Below are positions 24,669 to 33,940 of a stretch of 64,000 bases of DNA, piece after piece (position 1 is the first letter of the stretch; each line of letters opens with the position of its first letter). Source of the DNA: a virus (lineage: Duplodnaviria; Caudoviricetes); the IMG/VR virus record IMGVR_UViG_3300036803_000035, positions 793 to 64,792 of that record. The stretch is one strand, 5' to 3'. Made by a program: the position numbers and the translations under genes. The notes beneath the pieces are model-generated. The model made no database searches, was not told the origin of the DNA, and saw only the letters and a list, made by a program, of their open reading frames with translations.

Positions 24669-26117
24669 ATGACCGAAAACACTCGGGTCGCAGACCTTTT
24701 GCGTCAACGCGGCGAGGCGTTCGATCGCTTCGCAGCGCTCGCCGAAAAAGACACCCTCACCGCCGAGGAGCAAACCGCCTACACGACGGCGCGCGCCGAG
24801 GTCGATCAACACGACGCGGCAATCGCCCGCGCGAAGGAATTGCAGACACGCTCGGCTGCAACCGCTCGCCCGGTCGCCGGCCAGGAGAATCAGCGCGCTC
24901 GCCTGTTCGCCTCGCCGGAGAACGATCCGTATCTGTCGGACGAAGCGGCTCGCAACCGCGGCCTCGAAACCAAAAAGGGCCTCGTCGTCGGCGGCATGAT
25001 GCGCATGATCGGCGGCGCCGCGACGCACGAAAATCCGGCGCTTCTCGCGGCGCAGCTGTATGGCGAAAGCCATCCGGTTACGCGCGCGCTCGTGGTCGGC
25101 ACCGGCTCGGCCGGCGGCCTGATCGTGCCGCCCGATTACATGAGTGAGATTATCGAATTGCTGCGCCCGAAGGCACAGGTGCGCGGCGCCGGTCCTCGCG
25201 TCATTCCGATGCCGCGCGGCACGATGCGCATTCCCGGCCAGGACGCCGCGGCGACCGCCTCGTATCAGAACGAAACGAAGGCGATCACGCAGTCTCAGCA
25301 ACGGCTGCGCAGCATCATCGCAGCTTACAAAAAGCTGACCGCGTTGGTGCCTGTCAGCAATGACATGATGAGGTACGCCGACCCGGCGGTCGACGCATTC
25401 GTTCGCGACGATCTCGTCAAGGTCATCGCGCTCCGTGAGGACAAGGCCTTCCTGCTCGACGACGGCACGCAGGACACGCCGAAAGGAATGCTCGCTTTCG
25501 CGAATTCCTGGGTCGAGGCCAATGCTGGCACGGTTGGCGTGTTCTCGACCACGGCCGCGTCAACGCTCGCGGTCAATGGTGCCGATCCGGCGAACAGCAC
25601 CGGCGGCAACTTCATCACGTCAACGTCGGGCTACACGCTGGCGACGGTCGCAAGCGAGCTCGGCGGCGCGATCAATCGCCTCGACCAGGCGAATGTGCCC
25701 GACGATCGCCGCGTGTGGTTCATGAACCCGCGTTCGAAGAATTACCTGTTCAATGTCCAGAACTCCCTCGGCGTCTACGTGTACCGCGAGGAGATGAGCG
25801 ACGGGACGCTGCTCGGGTATCCCTTCAAGCTGACGACGCAGATCGGCACGAGCTATTGGGACGCGAGCGCGACCAATAAGGACCTGTCGTTCGTATTCCT
25901 CGCCGAGATGACCGAGGCGATGATCCTCGACTCCATGCAGATGGAGCTCGCGGTGTCGCGCGAGGGCACGTACGTCGACTCCAATTCGAACACGGTCAGC
26001 GCGTTCCAGAGTGATCAGACGATCATTCGGGCAATCGCCGAGCATGACTTCCAGCTTCGCCACGACCAAGCGGTTGCGGTGATCCAGGCGGTCCGCTGGG
26101 CGCCGGCGATCAGCTAA
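24669..26117 (+). CDS. Major capsid protein, HK97 fold, with coiled-coil delta domain
   Basis: AGGLIVPPDY...IIELLRP, KKLTALVPVSNDMM, TLLGYPF, AFQSDQTIIRAIAEHDF.LRH; GAGG RBS before ATG 24669. Confidence 0.95.
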   Translation: MTENTRVADLLRQRGEAFDRFAALAEKDTLTAEEQTAYTTARAEVDQHDAAIARAKELQTRSAATARPVAGQENQRARLFASPENDPYLSDEAARNRGLETKKGLVVGGMMRMIGGAATHENPALLAAQLYGESHPVTRALVVGTGSAGGLIVPPDYMSEIIELLRPKAQVRGAGPRVIPMPRGTMRIPGQDAAATASYQNETKAITQSQQRLRSIIAAYKKLTALVPVSNDMMRYADPAVDAFVRDDLVKVIALREDKAFLLDDGTQDTPKGMLAFANSWVEANAGTVGVFSTTAASTLAVNGADPANSTGGNFITSTSGYTLATVASELGGAINRLDQANVPDDRRVWFMNPRSKNYLFNVQNSLGVYVYREEMSDGTLLGYPFKLTTQIGTSYWDASATNKDLSFVFLAEMTEAMILDSMQMELAVSREGTYVDSNSNTVSAFQSDQTIIRAIAEHDFQLRHDQAVAVIQAVRWAPAIS

Positions 26118-26203
26118 TCGCCCACGCGACCGATTGAGTGAGCCCCGGCCATTGCGCCGGGGCTTCTCGTCTCTGCCTGCCTTCACCTTTCGGGAGATTT
26201 CCG

Positions 26204-26686
26204 ATGACGGACATCCTTGTGTCCAAGAACATTGGTGCAATCGTCACTGTCAAAAACGGTTCCACCAACAACACGCTGACCGCTGCGGGCGCCGGCGACA
26301 ACACCACGAAGAACGGCGTCGCGATCGATCGCATGGGCCTCGGCGCCGGTATGCCGCTGTCGATGGTCGCTTCGGTGCTGTTCGATGCGACACTCGCCTC
26401 GGGCTCGACGCTGACGGCTCTGATCACGGTTTCCGACAGCGCCGACAATTCGACCTTCGCCGCTTATGCGAGCGAGGCGGCCGCAGTGACGGTCGCGACC
26501 GGCCCGTCCGGTGGCGGCGTCGTCAGCGGGTGCCATTCCCTCGCGGTCGATCTGTCGAGCGCGCGCCGGTGGGTCCGTGTCGATCACGTGCCGCATCTGA
26601 CCCGCGCTGGCACCGATACCGCGATCACGCGCGCGGCCGCCACGCTGGCCGGCTTCGATCGCCTCGTCGCGCCGGCGTCGGTCTAA
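26204..26686 (+). CDS. Putative head decoration protein
   Basis: Immediately after the capsid gene; beta-rich, ends VDLSSARRWVR...ATLAGFDRL; GGGAGA RBS. Confidence 0.55.
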   Translation: MTDILVSKNIGAIVTVKNGSTNNTLTAAGAGDNTTKNGVAIDRMGLGAGMPLSMVASVLFDATLASGSTLTALITVSDSADNSTFAAYASEAAAVTVATGPSGGGVVSGCHSLAVDLSSARRWVRVDHVPHLTRAGTDTAITRAAATLAGFDRLVAPASV

Positions 26687-26716
26687 GCGCACGGCTAAAG
26701 CGCACGCGGTGCGGTT

Positions 26717-27250
26717 ATGCCCGAATTCGGGCCACGGACGAGCGACGAGGACATCGCCGCTCTCCGTGCGCTCGTCTCACGGCTGCACCGCCCGCGTGTC
26801 ATCGAAATCGGGTCCTGGCTCGGTCGCACCGCGCTCGCGATGCGCCAGGCCGGGGCCGACCAGGTGCATTGCGTTGATACCTGGCTCGGCACCGACGATC
26901 CGACCGATCTGACCTTCGAGCTCGGCCGCCATCATGGTCACGCCGGGCTCCTGCGCGCCTTTTGCGAGAACGTCGGCGAGGACCTCGGGGTCGGGGTTTT
27001 CCCGTATGTCGGCGAGTCGATCTTTTGGGCGGCGCACTGGCAATGGCAAGCCGATCTGATCTTCATCGACGCCACGCACTCCTACGAGGCCGCGATCGCC
27101 GACATCCGCGCCTGGACGCCGCACGTGCGCAAGGGCGGGATCCTCTGCGGCCACGACTATTGCCCCGCCTGGCCGGGCGTTAAACGCGCCGTGCAGGAAA
27201 CCGGCGGCTTTCAGGTCAACGCCACCGTTTGGTGGCGCCTCGTCATGTGA
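26717..27250 (+). CDS. Class I SAM-dependent methyltransferase (Methyltransf_24-like)
   Basis: VIEIGSWLGRT, HCVDTW, DLIFIDATHSYE...DI..W...VRKGGILCGHDY...WPGV..AV. Confidence 0.9.
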   Translation: MPEFGPRTSDEDIAALRALVSRLHRPRVIEIGSWLGRTALAMRQAGADQVHCVDTWLGTDDPTDLTFELGRHHGHAGLLRAFCENVGEDLGVGVFPYVGESIFWAAHWQWQADLIFIDATHSYEAAIADIRAWTPHVRKGGILCGHDYCPAWPGVKRAVQETGGFQVNATVWWRLVM

Positions 27251-27427
27251 TCCGCGGTCGCCAACCCCGCGGGGGGCCCGATCCGCAGTGTTGCCCCTGG
27301 CGCTGCGGGTCGGGTCGGCGACCGAGTCTCGAGTTTTTTGGCGGTCCGGAAATCCGGACTCGCGAGCAAAGCCGCCGCCGATATCGGTGATAACCGGTTG
27401 TCAACGCGCCCGCCTTACGGTCGCTCG

Positions 27428-27637
27428 ATGAACCGACGTCGCCGGGGGCGGACGATCGCGGTGCCGGCGGTGCTGAGCGCCGAATTCGATGAGCGCTATC
27501 GCGCCGCTCGGGCAGTCGATCCCGAGCGAGCCCAGCGCTTGCTCGACCTTGAGGTTCGCCGGCAAGGCGTGGTCTGCGCCGCACCGGTTCGGGCGCGGCG
27601 ATCGCGCCGTATCGGCCACAACCGAGGCGCACGATGA
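27428..27637 (+). CDS. Hypothetical protein
   Basis: In-frame part of ORF 27338..27637; its stop overlaps the radical SAM ATG. Confidence 0.4.
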   Translation: MNRRRRGRTIAVPAVLSAEFDERYRAARAVDPERAQRLLDLEVRRQGVVCAAPVRARRSRRIGHNRGAR

Positions 27638-28869
27638 CCGACGGGGTTTACCGTCATCCGCCGGGCAAGCTGAGCCGCTGGGGCGTCGTCGATGTCGGGC
27701 TGAAATGCCCGCATTCCTGCCAGTTTTGCTACTACGTCCATCTCGACGGCGCCGAGGACCCGTTCAGCGGGATGCGCCGCGCCAAGTTTCATTCGACCGG
27801 CCACATCCTCGAACTCGCCCGCGCGCTCAAAACGGCCGACTTTGTCGGCTTCGATGTGACCGGCGGCGAGCCCAGCTTGCACCCGGGGATCGTCGATCTC
27901 GCGGTCGAGGCCAAGCGGCTCGACCTGGCCATGCGCGTCATCACGCTGGGTCAATTCCTGACCCGCAAGGTGCCGGCCTCCGGCAGCGATACGCTATTGG
28001 ACGCGCTGCTCAAGGCCGGCGTCGCCGACTTCCTGCTCTCGGTTCACGCCGTCGAGGAGGAGCAATATCACCGGATCACCGGCGGCAGCTGGGCGAAGCT
28101 GCTGCAGGCCATGCGCGAGCTCGACCGCGCCGGCTTCGACTACTGCACCAACACGACCGTCCACGAGGGCAATTTCCGCGAGCTCCCGGCGATCGCCGAC
28201 GAGATCGCCAGCCACCGGGTCTATGTCGCCAACCTCATCATCATGAATGCCTACTACGCCTGGTCGCGGCCGGGCGCCGAGGCGCAGGGCGTCCAGGCGC
28301 ATTATTCGGCGGTCCGCCCCTACGTGCTCGAAGCGCGCGACCGGCTCGAAGCGGCCGGCATCGCGGTCAACGTCCGATATGCGCCGCTCTGCACGATGCG
28401 CGGGGCCGAGCGCAACCTGGTGGGCATTGTGGGGGTCAGACACGATCCGCACGAATGGATGAACGCGATCGACCACATCGAGCCGCGATCGCCGAGCTCG
28501 ATGGGTCAGCGCCTCGCCCTGCAGGACCACGACGCCGGCGCGCCCTTCATCCCGGCCCCGCCCGGCGAGATGATCACCGTCGGCGGCCGGCCGCTGCCTC
28601 TCCTGGCGCGGCGCCACGGCAAGGTCTTTCCGAGCTCCTGTCGCGGCTGCGCGGCCGCCTATGTCTGCGACGGCGTCGATCCGCGCTATCTCGCCGAGCG
28701 CGGCGATCACGAGCTCGAACCCTACAGCACGTTCCGCGGCGACCTCATCGATCGGGAGCGGCTGGCCTACCAACCCGCCTTCATCTGCAAAACGGCCCCG
28801 CTGGCGCCCGCCCGTGAGGCTGTGAGGGCCGCTTTCAATCGGGGGGACAATGTGGCTGCTGCCGAGTAA
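27634..28869 (+). CDS. Radical SAM enzyme with C-terminal auxiliary Cys cluster (SPASM/twitch-like)
   Basis: CPHSCQFC (CxxxCxxC), TGGEPSLHP, C-terminal CRGCAAAYVCDG. Confidence 0.9.
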   Translation: MTDGVYRHPPGKLSRWGVVDVGLKCPHSCQFCYYVHLDGAEDPFSGMRRAKFHSTGHILELARALKTADFVGFDVTGGEPSLHPGIVDLAVEAKRLDLAMRVITLGQFLTRKVPASGSDTLLDALLKAGVADFLLSVHAVEEEQYHRITGGSWAKLLQAMRELDRAGFDYCTNTTVHEGNFRELPAIADEIASHRVYVANLIIMNAYYAWSRPGAEAQGVQAHYSAVRPYVLEARDRLEAAGIAVNVRYAPLCTMRGAERNLVGIVGVRHDPHEWMNAIDHIEPRSPSSMGQRLALQDHDAGAPFIPAPPGEMITVGGRPLPLLARRHGKVFPSSCRGCAAAYVCDGVDPRYLAERGDHELEPYSTFRGDLIDRERLAYQPAFICKTAPLAPAREAVRAAFNRGDNVAAAE

Positions 28870-30307
28870 GGCGCGTCCAGCGAGCCTGGCGCGCTTCTTT
28901 GGGGCGTTCGAAAAGACCGGCGGATCGACGCCGGGGCTCGTGATCGTCGATCACGTCGATTGGTCGGCGCACGTCGAGGCCTACGAGACGATCGCCCTGC
29001 CGATCGGCTGGTCGTGGCGAATCACCGACGGGGTGACCCAGGGCGACAAGCTGCGCGAGATTTGGGTCGACGTCGAAAACTGCGCCTGGCTCGGGCTGAT
29101 CGGCGACGATTGCGTTCCGGAAACGACCGGCTGGGATCGCGCCCTGGTCGGCGAGCTCGACGGCAGCAATTTCGTCCACTGCAATGACGGCTGGCAGGCA
29201 CCGCGCCGGGTCGGCAATTGCTGGATCATGGCCGGCGACCTGGTGCGCGCGGTCGGCTACATCTTCCCGCCGGGGCTGCATCACCTGTTTGTCGACGACG
29301 TGTGGGAGGAGCTCTCGCGTCGAGTCCGCGGCATCCGCATGTGCCGCATGGACGTGATGGTCCGCCACCGGCACGTCATGGCCGGCATGGCGGCAGCCGA
29401 CGACACCCACCGCTCCGTCTACGGCACCGGCTTTTCAGGCGAGCAGGGCGCTCCCGATCGGAAGAACGGGTTATGGACAACCGACGAGGCGACCTACACC
29501 GCCTGGCTCGCCGGCGACGCCGAGCGAGCGGCCGAAGCCATTCGTGCCTTACGGCGCGTTGACGCCCAGGTCAACAACGAGGCCGAGCTCCAACAGAAGC
29601 GCATGGCGCGGGTCGCCAAGCGATCGGTGCTATTCGCGCTGCCGGTGCACGACAAGTTCGAAGCCGGCTGTTTCGTCTCGTGGACCGAGACGATCACGCT
29701 CCTCGAACGGATGAAAATCCGGCGCAGCGAGCAGCTGATCATCGGGAGCTCGAACCTACCCAAGGCGCGCAACCGCCTCTGCGCCTACTTCCTCGCCGGC
29801 GATTGGGACGATCTCGTTTTCATCGACAGCGACATGGAGTGGCCCGCCGGCGGGATCGTGCGGCTGCTGGCGTCGGACAAGCCGATCATCGGCGCGGTCG
29901 GTCGGCGCAAGTGCGAGGAGCTCAGCTGGTGCACGCTCTTGATGCCGAAGGGCTCGCTGGTCAATCAGGATGATATGGGCGCTCTCGAAGTGCGCCGCGT
30001 CGGCACCGGGCTGTTGAAGATTTCGCGCGAGGCCTTCGAAACGATCATGAAGGCGCGACCGGATTTACACTGCGAGCCCGCCGATCCCGACATGAGCGAG
30101 GCCGAGCGCGCGCTCTATCATCGATTTTTCCAGCACGGCGAGGCCGACGCCGGCGAGGATTATTTCTTCTGCGATCTGTATCGCGAATGTGGCGGTCAGA
30201 TTTGGATCGATCCGACGATCAAGCTGGGGCACACCGGAACACATACGTGGTTCGGCACCTTCGGCGACGAGCTCGGCGGTCTGTTCGAAGTCGCCGAGGC
30301 GGCATGA
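28850..30307 (+). CDS. Two-domain GT-A fold glycosyltransferase
   Basis: Domain 1: LIGDDCVP..GWD...HLFVDDVW. Domain 2: NLPKARN...LVFIDSDMEW...GEDYFFC...GGQIWIDPTIKLGHTG. Confidence 0.8.
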   Translation: MWLLPSKARPASLARFFGAFEKTGGSTPGLVIVDHVDWSAHVEAYETIALPIGWSWRITDGVTQGDKLREIWVDVENCAWLGLIGDDCVPETTGWDRALVGELDGSNFVHCNDGWQAPRRVGNCWIMAGDLVRAVGYIFPPGLHHLFVDDVWEELSRRVRGIRMCRMDVMVRHRHVMAGMAAADDTHRSVYGTGFSGEQGAPDRKNGLWTTDEATYTAWLAGDAERAAEAIRALRRVDAQVNNEAELQQKRMARVAKRSVLFALPVHDKFEAGCFVSWTETITLLERMKIRRSEQLIIGSSNLPKARNRLCAYFLAGDWDDLVFIDSDMEWPAGGIVRLLASDKPIIGAVGRRKCEELSWCTLLMPKGSLVNQDDMGALEVRRVGTGLLKISREAFETIMKARPDLHCEPADPDMSEAERALYHRFFQHGEADAGEDYFFCDLYRECGGQIWIDPTIKLGHTGTHTWFGTFGDELGGLFEVAEAA

Positions 30308-30648
30308 CAGACTGCAAGATCGAGACAGGGGCCGGCTGGATCAAATTTCACTCGTGCCCCTCAGTCGCCGAGTGCTCGCTATTCCGTCGATGCCGATTGT
30401 CGCCGATCCCGCTGGGCGTGCTGGGCGTGCGATCGGGCGACGGCATCGCCGTTCTCAAATGCGCGCAGCCGATCAGCGCGGCGCAAGAGCAACGCATCCG
30501 CGATATGTGGCAATGGCTCAACGATCCGAAGTGGCATCGATCGACGCCGCCGCTCGCCATCCTCGAACCGGGCTGCGATCTCACGATCCTGCGCGACGAC
30601 GCGCGGGCGAACGCCAACTATTCGGCGATCTTCGGCGACAGCGCATGA
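30304..30648 (+). CDS. Hypothetical protein
   Basis: ATGA-coupled. Confidence 0.5.
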   Translation: MTDCKIETGAGWIKFHSCPSVAECSLFRRCRLSPIPLGVLGVRSGDGIAVLKCAQPISAAQEQRIRDMWQWLNDPKWHRSTPPLAILEPGCDLTILRDDARANANYSAIFGDSA

Positions 30649-30752
30649 TCACGACCATCGTCCTCCTCGTCGCGCTGATCATGTGCGGCGGCGAAAGCCC
30701 GATGCCATTCATCGCCGCGATCTTCGCGGTGATCATGTTCAACGTGTTCTGA
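30645..30752 (+). CDS. Small hydrophobic membrane peptide
   Basis: ATGA-coupled; 35 aa, almost all hydrophobic. Confidence 0.45.
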   Translation: MITTIVLLVALIMCGGESPMPFIAAIFAVIMFNVF

Positions 30753-30850
30753 AAACATCAGGGGCGGGGAGCACCCGAAACTCCCCGCCCCTTCCTCGGC
30801 CGGCTGGCGGACCGCACCCAACGGTCGATCACCCTCCTACAGGACGAACA

Positions 30851-31135
30851 ATGCTTTCGCAACCGGGTCGCTTCATGCGGCCCTTTTTTGTGGCGCAACC
30901 GTCGATGCCTCAACCGTGGAAATTGATCGAATTCGTCGAGCACTACCCCGGCGGATTTCAGATCGGCACGCAACGCGGCGTCCCGCCCGACGTCGCCGAA
31001 AAGCTGGTCGGCGAGGGCGTCGCGCGAATCCTTCGCACGCTCGGCGAGGAGCCGACGCCGGCGCCGGTCACTGCGCCCAGCCCCACACCCGAACATCATC
31101 GCGGCAAGCCGCCGCGTCATGAGAGGACGCGATGA
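30851..31135 (+). CDS. Small hypothetical head-associated protein
   Basis: AGGA RBS; VPPDVAEKLVGEGVA pattern typical of short genes before head-tail connectors. Confidence 0.5.
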   Translation: MLSQPGRFMRPFFVAQPSMPQPWKLIEFVEHYPGGFQIGTQRGVPPDVAEKLVGEGVARILRTLGEEPTPAPVTAPSPTPEHHRGKPPRHERTR

Positions 31136-31554
31136 ACCTCCTGCAAAGTTACGCGATCGGCGCAGCCGTCACCGGGCAGACGCCGGGGCCTGTCGTCAAG
31201 TTCAACGCGCAACCGCGCGCGCTCACGATCCAGGCGAATTTCGTCTATGGCGCCGGCGGCACCACCGCGACCGCTTACGTGCAGACTTCGCACGATGGCG
31301 GCGCGAATTGGACCGACATCGCGGCCTTGCAATTCACCACGGCGGGCGGCCGCAAGACCGTCAATCTGACATCGCGCACGCCGGTCACCACGCCGGTCGT
31401 GCCGAGCGATGGCTCGATGACCGCGAACACGTGCCAGGACGGCATCTTGGGGCCGATGTACCGCGTCAAGGTCACCACGACCGGCACGTACACCGGCACC
31501 ACGACGCTCTCCGTCGACATCGCCAGCGATCAGGCGACTTTCCCGAACGCCTAA
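31132..31554 (+). CDS. Hypothetical beta-sandwich virion protein
   Basis: Thr/Gly-rich; GAGAGGA RBS. Confidence 0.6.
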   Translation: MNLLQSYAIGAAVTGQTPGPVVKFNAQPRALTIQANFVYGAGGTTATAYVQTSHDGGANWTDIAALQFTTAGGRKTVNLTSRTPVTTPVVPSDGSMTANTCQDGILGPMYRVKVTTTGTYTGTTTLSVDIASDQATFPNA

Positions 31555-31570
31555 AACCGGAGCGACGCGG

Positions 31571-32260
31571 ATGGCAATGCGGTGCATCACCACTCTGCTG
31601 TCGCCGGCGGACAGCTATGACCTGGTCACGCTCGACGTGGTCAAGGCCGAGCTCCAGCTGACCGACGATGCAAGTGATCCCTGGCTGAAAACCGCGATCA
31701 CTCAGGTGTCCGCCGCGATGGCGCGCTTTTGCAATCGATCGAACGCGATCGCGAGCGAGGCATCCTTCGCCGTCGAGACGGTGCAAGACCTGTTCTACCC
31801 CGAGCGCGACGCCTATCCGTTCCAGGTGCCCGGCGGCGCCTCCGTGTTGCAGCTGTCGCACTGGCCGGTCACGAACATCCTCGAAGTCAACATCACCGAT
31901 CCGGCGGGCGCCACGCCGCAGATTTTGGTCGCGGACACCGATTACGTGCTCGACGCCTCGGTTGGGCAGCTGATCAGGCTTGACGCCTTCATGGCGTACC
32001 CGACGCAATGGGTGCCGATCCGCACCGCCGTCAAATACTCGGGCGGCTTTGACCCGATCCCCGATGATGTGGTCGATGCCGCGCTGCGCTGGGTCACGAT
32101 GCGGTGGTCCGATCGTGGCCGCGACCCGAACCTGAAATCGCTCGAACAGCCGATGGTCGGCACCAAGACCTATTGGGTCGGGGCGCAGCCGATGACCGAG
32201 GGCGTTCCGACCGAGATCGCGAGCCTCCTGATCAAGTATCGCGTGCCGGTCAGCGCATGA
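31571..32260 (+). CDS. Head-tail connector (gp6/gp15-like adaptor)
   Basis: LVTLDVVKAEL...D..L...I...S.....CNR; VKYSGGF..IPDDV..AAL; position in the operon. Confidence 0.8.
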   Translation: MAMRCITTLLSPADSYDLVTLDVVKAELQLTDDASDPWLKTAITQVSAAMARFCNRSNAIASEASFAVETVQDLFYPERDAYPFQVPGGASVLQLSHWPVTNILEVNITDPAGATPQILVADTDYVLDASVGQLIRLDAFMAYPTQWVPIRTAVKYSGGFDPIPDDVVDAALRWVTMRWSDRGRDPNLKSLEQPMVGTKTYWVGAQPMTEGVPTEIASLLIKYRVPVSA

Positions 32261-32757
32261 TCGAATTCACGATCGACGTCAACACCAACCACATCATCGC
32301 GCAATTCGAACAGCTGCCGGCGGCGTTGCAAGTCCGCCTGCGCGCGATCATCCAAACGCAGACCGAGCGGCTTCTCGCGATGGTGCAAGGCGGCGAGCCG
32401 GTCCGCACCGGCGCGCTGCGATCGCACACGACCAGCTTCATCGACGCCGGCGAGGACTTCGTTCGCGGCCGCGTGCGAATTCTCAACGATGCCTCGGGCA
32501 AGTTCCATGCGCGCGCCGGCGCCCTCGAATATGGCGCACATCGCGCGACGCGAGTGTCGGCGCATCAGATGATGCTCGGCCATGCGTGGGGCGCAGCCAT
32601 CGAGCCGCGCGCGGTCATGGTCGAGGCCTACACGCGGCAGCTGAATTTGCCGGAACTGCGCTTCCTGCGCGGACCCTTCGAACAGATACGCGCTGCGGTG
32701 CTCGCCGAAGTGCAGCGCGCCGTCGACGCCGAGATCAGCCGGGCGCACAGCGCCTAG
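32257..32757 (+). CDS. HK97 gp10-like neck / tail completion protein
   Basis: EPVRTGALRS, ALEYG, FLRGPFE. Confidence 0.7.
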   Translation: MIEFTIDVNTNHIIAQFEQLPAALQVRLRAIIQTQTERLLAMVQGGEPVRTGALRSHTTSFIDAGEDFVRGRVRILNDASGKFHARAGALEYGAHRATRVSAHQMMLGHAWGAAIEPRAVMVEAYTRQLNLPELRFLRGPFEQIRAAVLAEVQRAVDAEISRAHSA

Positions 32758-32805
32758 TCCAGTTTAACGCGGTGCGCATCGCGCATCCGTGCGCGAGGGC
32801 GTGTC

Positions 32806-33462
32806 ATGAATCGAAATCTGATTCTCGACACGCTGCTGGCAAAGCTGGCGGTGCCGCCCCTCTCGTTTCAATTCGCGGCCGACATTCAGGCCAATCAGGT
32901 CTCGCTCAACAGCGTGAGCCTCGCCGATCTGGCGAACCTGTTGCCGGGGATGCCATTGCGCGGGCTCGGGCTCGGTCCCGATTGCGTCCTCGCCACGGTT
33001 GATCCGCCCACGATGTCGGTGCCGGCGATCAGCACCGGAATTCAGGTCACGATCCAACAGGGCGTCGCGACGATCGGGCGCCGATTGAAGATGTGGACCG
33101 AAGTGCCGGTGCAGCCGGCTCTGTTCCTGGTCGAAGCGAATGAAGAATACCCGCCGCGCCCGTCGAGCGCGCCGGCGCGGTCAAACCTCGATGCCTTCGT
33201 GTGGGTCTACTACCGCACCACCGGCCCCGAAGCGGTGCCGGCGAAGGTGTTGAACGGGCTCCTCGACGGGATCGAGGCAGCGCTGACGCCGCCGCGCAAT
33301 TCGCCGACCGGCGTTTGGCAAAATCTTGGCCTCGGCACCGTCATTCACGCGCGCATCGAAGGCCATGTCCTCAAAGACCCGGGGCATCTCGACGGTCAAG
33401 CGATCGCGCGAGTGCCGCTGGTCATCCAGGTCGCGCAAACCGGCACGACCAAACCGCTCTAA
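32806..33462 (+). CDS. Tail terminator-like protein with an inserted beta module
   Basis: N-terminal RNLILDTLLAKL and C-terminal QPALFL...LNGLLDGIEAAL...QNLG.G.V.HARIEG...DPGHLDGQA; insert at about aa 22-85. Confidence 0.6.
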   Translation: MNRNLILDTLLAKLAVPPLSFQFAADIQANQVSLNSVSLADLANLLPGMPLRGLGLGPDCVLATVDPPTMSVPAISTGIQVTIQQGVATIGRRLKMWTEVPVQPALFLVEANEEYPPRPSSAPARSNLDAFVWVYYRTTGPEAVPAKVLNGLLDGIEAALTPPRNSPTGVWQNLGLGTVIHARIEGHVLKDPGHLDGQAIARVPLVIQVAQTGTTKPL

Positions 33463-33477
33463 CCTCGGAGAACCGCC

Positions 33478-33861
33478 ATGAGTTTCACGCACACCCTCGG
33501 CGTCACGTACAAAACCGGCGAAGGCACGGTCATCTCGGTCAATCAGAACTATGTGGCCGACGGTCAGATGGACATCGACGACATCGTGCCGCCGTCCACG
33601 ACCAACAAGGAATACGATCTGCCGATCACGCTCGCCAACGTGAAGTCGCTGGTTATTTCGTCCGATCAGGCGCTCACGATCAAGACCAATTCGAGCGTCA
33701 CGCCGTCGGACACCATCACCGTCAAGGCCGGCATTCCGATCACCTGGAATACCGACAACATCAATTCGATCCCGTTCGCGACCAACGTCGCCAAGATGTT
33801 CATCACGAACGGCGGATCGAACAGCGCCAATCTCAAGGTGCGCGTCGCCACGACGATCTAA
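33478..33861 (+). CDS. Hypothetical virion protein
   Basis: GGAGA RBS; Thr/Asn-rich beta protein. Confidence 0.65.
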   Translation: MSFTHTLGVTYKTGEGTVISVNQNYVADGQMDIDDIVPPSTTNKEYDLPITLANVKSLVISSDQALTIKTNSSVTPSDTITVKAGIPITWNTDNINSIPFATNVAKMFITNGGSNSANLKVRVATTI

Positions 33862-33888
33862 CGCCGCTCGCTCGGCGAGATCGCAGCA

Positions 33889-33919
33889 GCCGCCGGGGAA
33901 ACTCGGCGGCTTTCTTTTT
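33889..33919 (+). terminator. Intrinsic terminator-like hairpin
   Basis: GCCGCCGGG-GAAA-CTCGGCGGC-TTTCTTTTT. Confidence 0.7.
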
Positions 33920-33940
33920 GCCTAAAGACGGAGACGCCCA

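Noticed and set aside
27259-27323. Nested hairpin after the methyltransferase gene
   Set aside because: The pairing is real (cccgatccgcag/ctgcgggtcggg) but there is no T-run or second copy, and such stems are common at this GC content.
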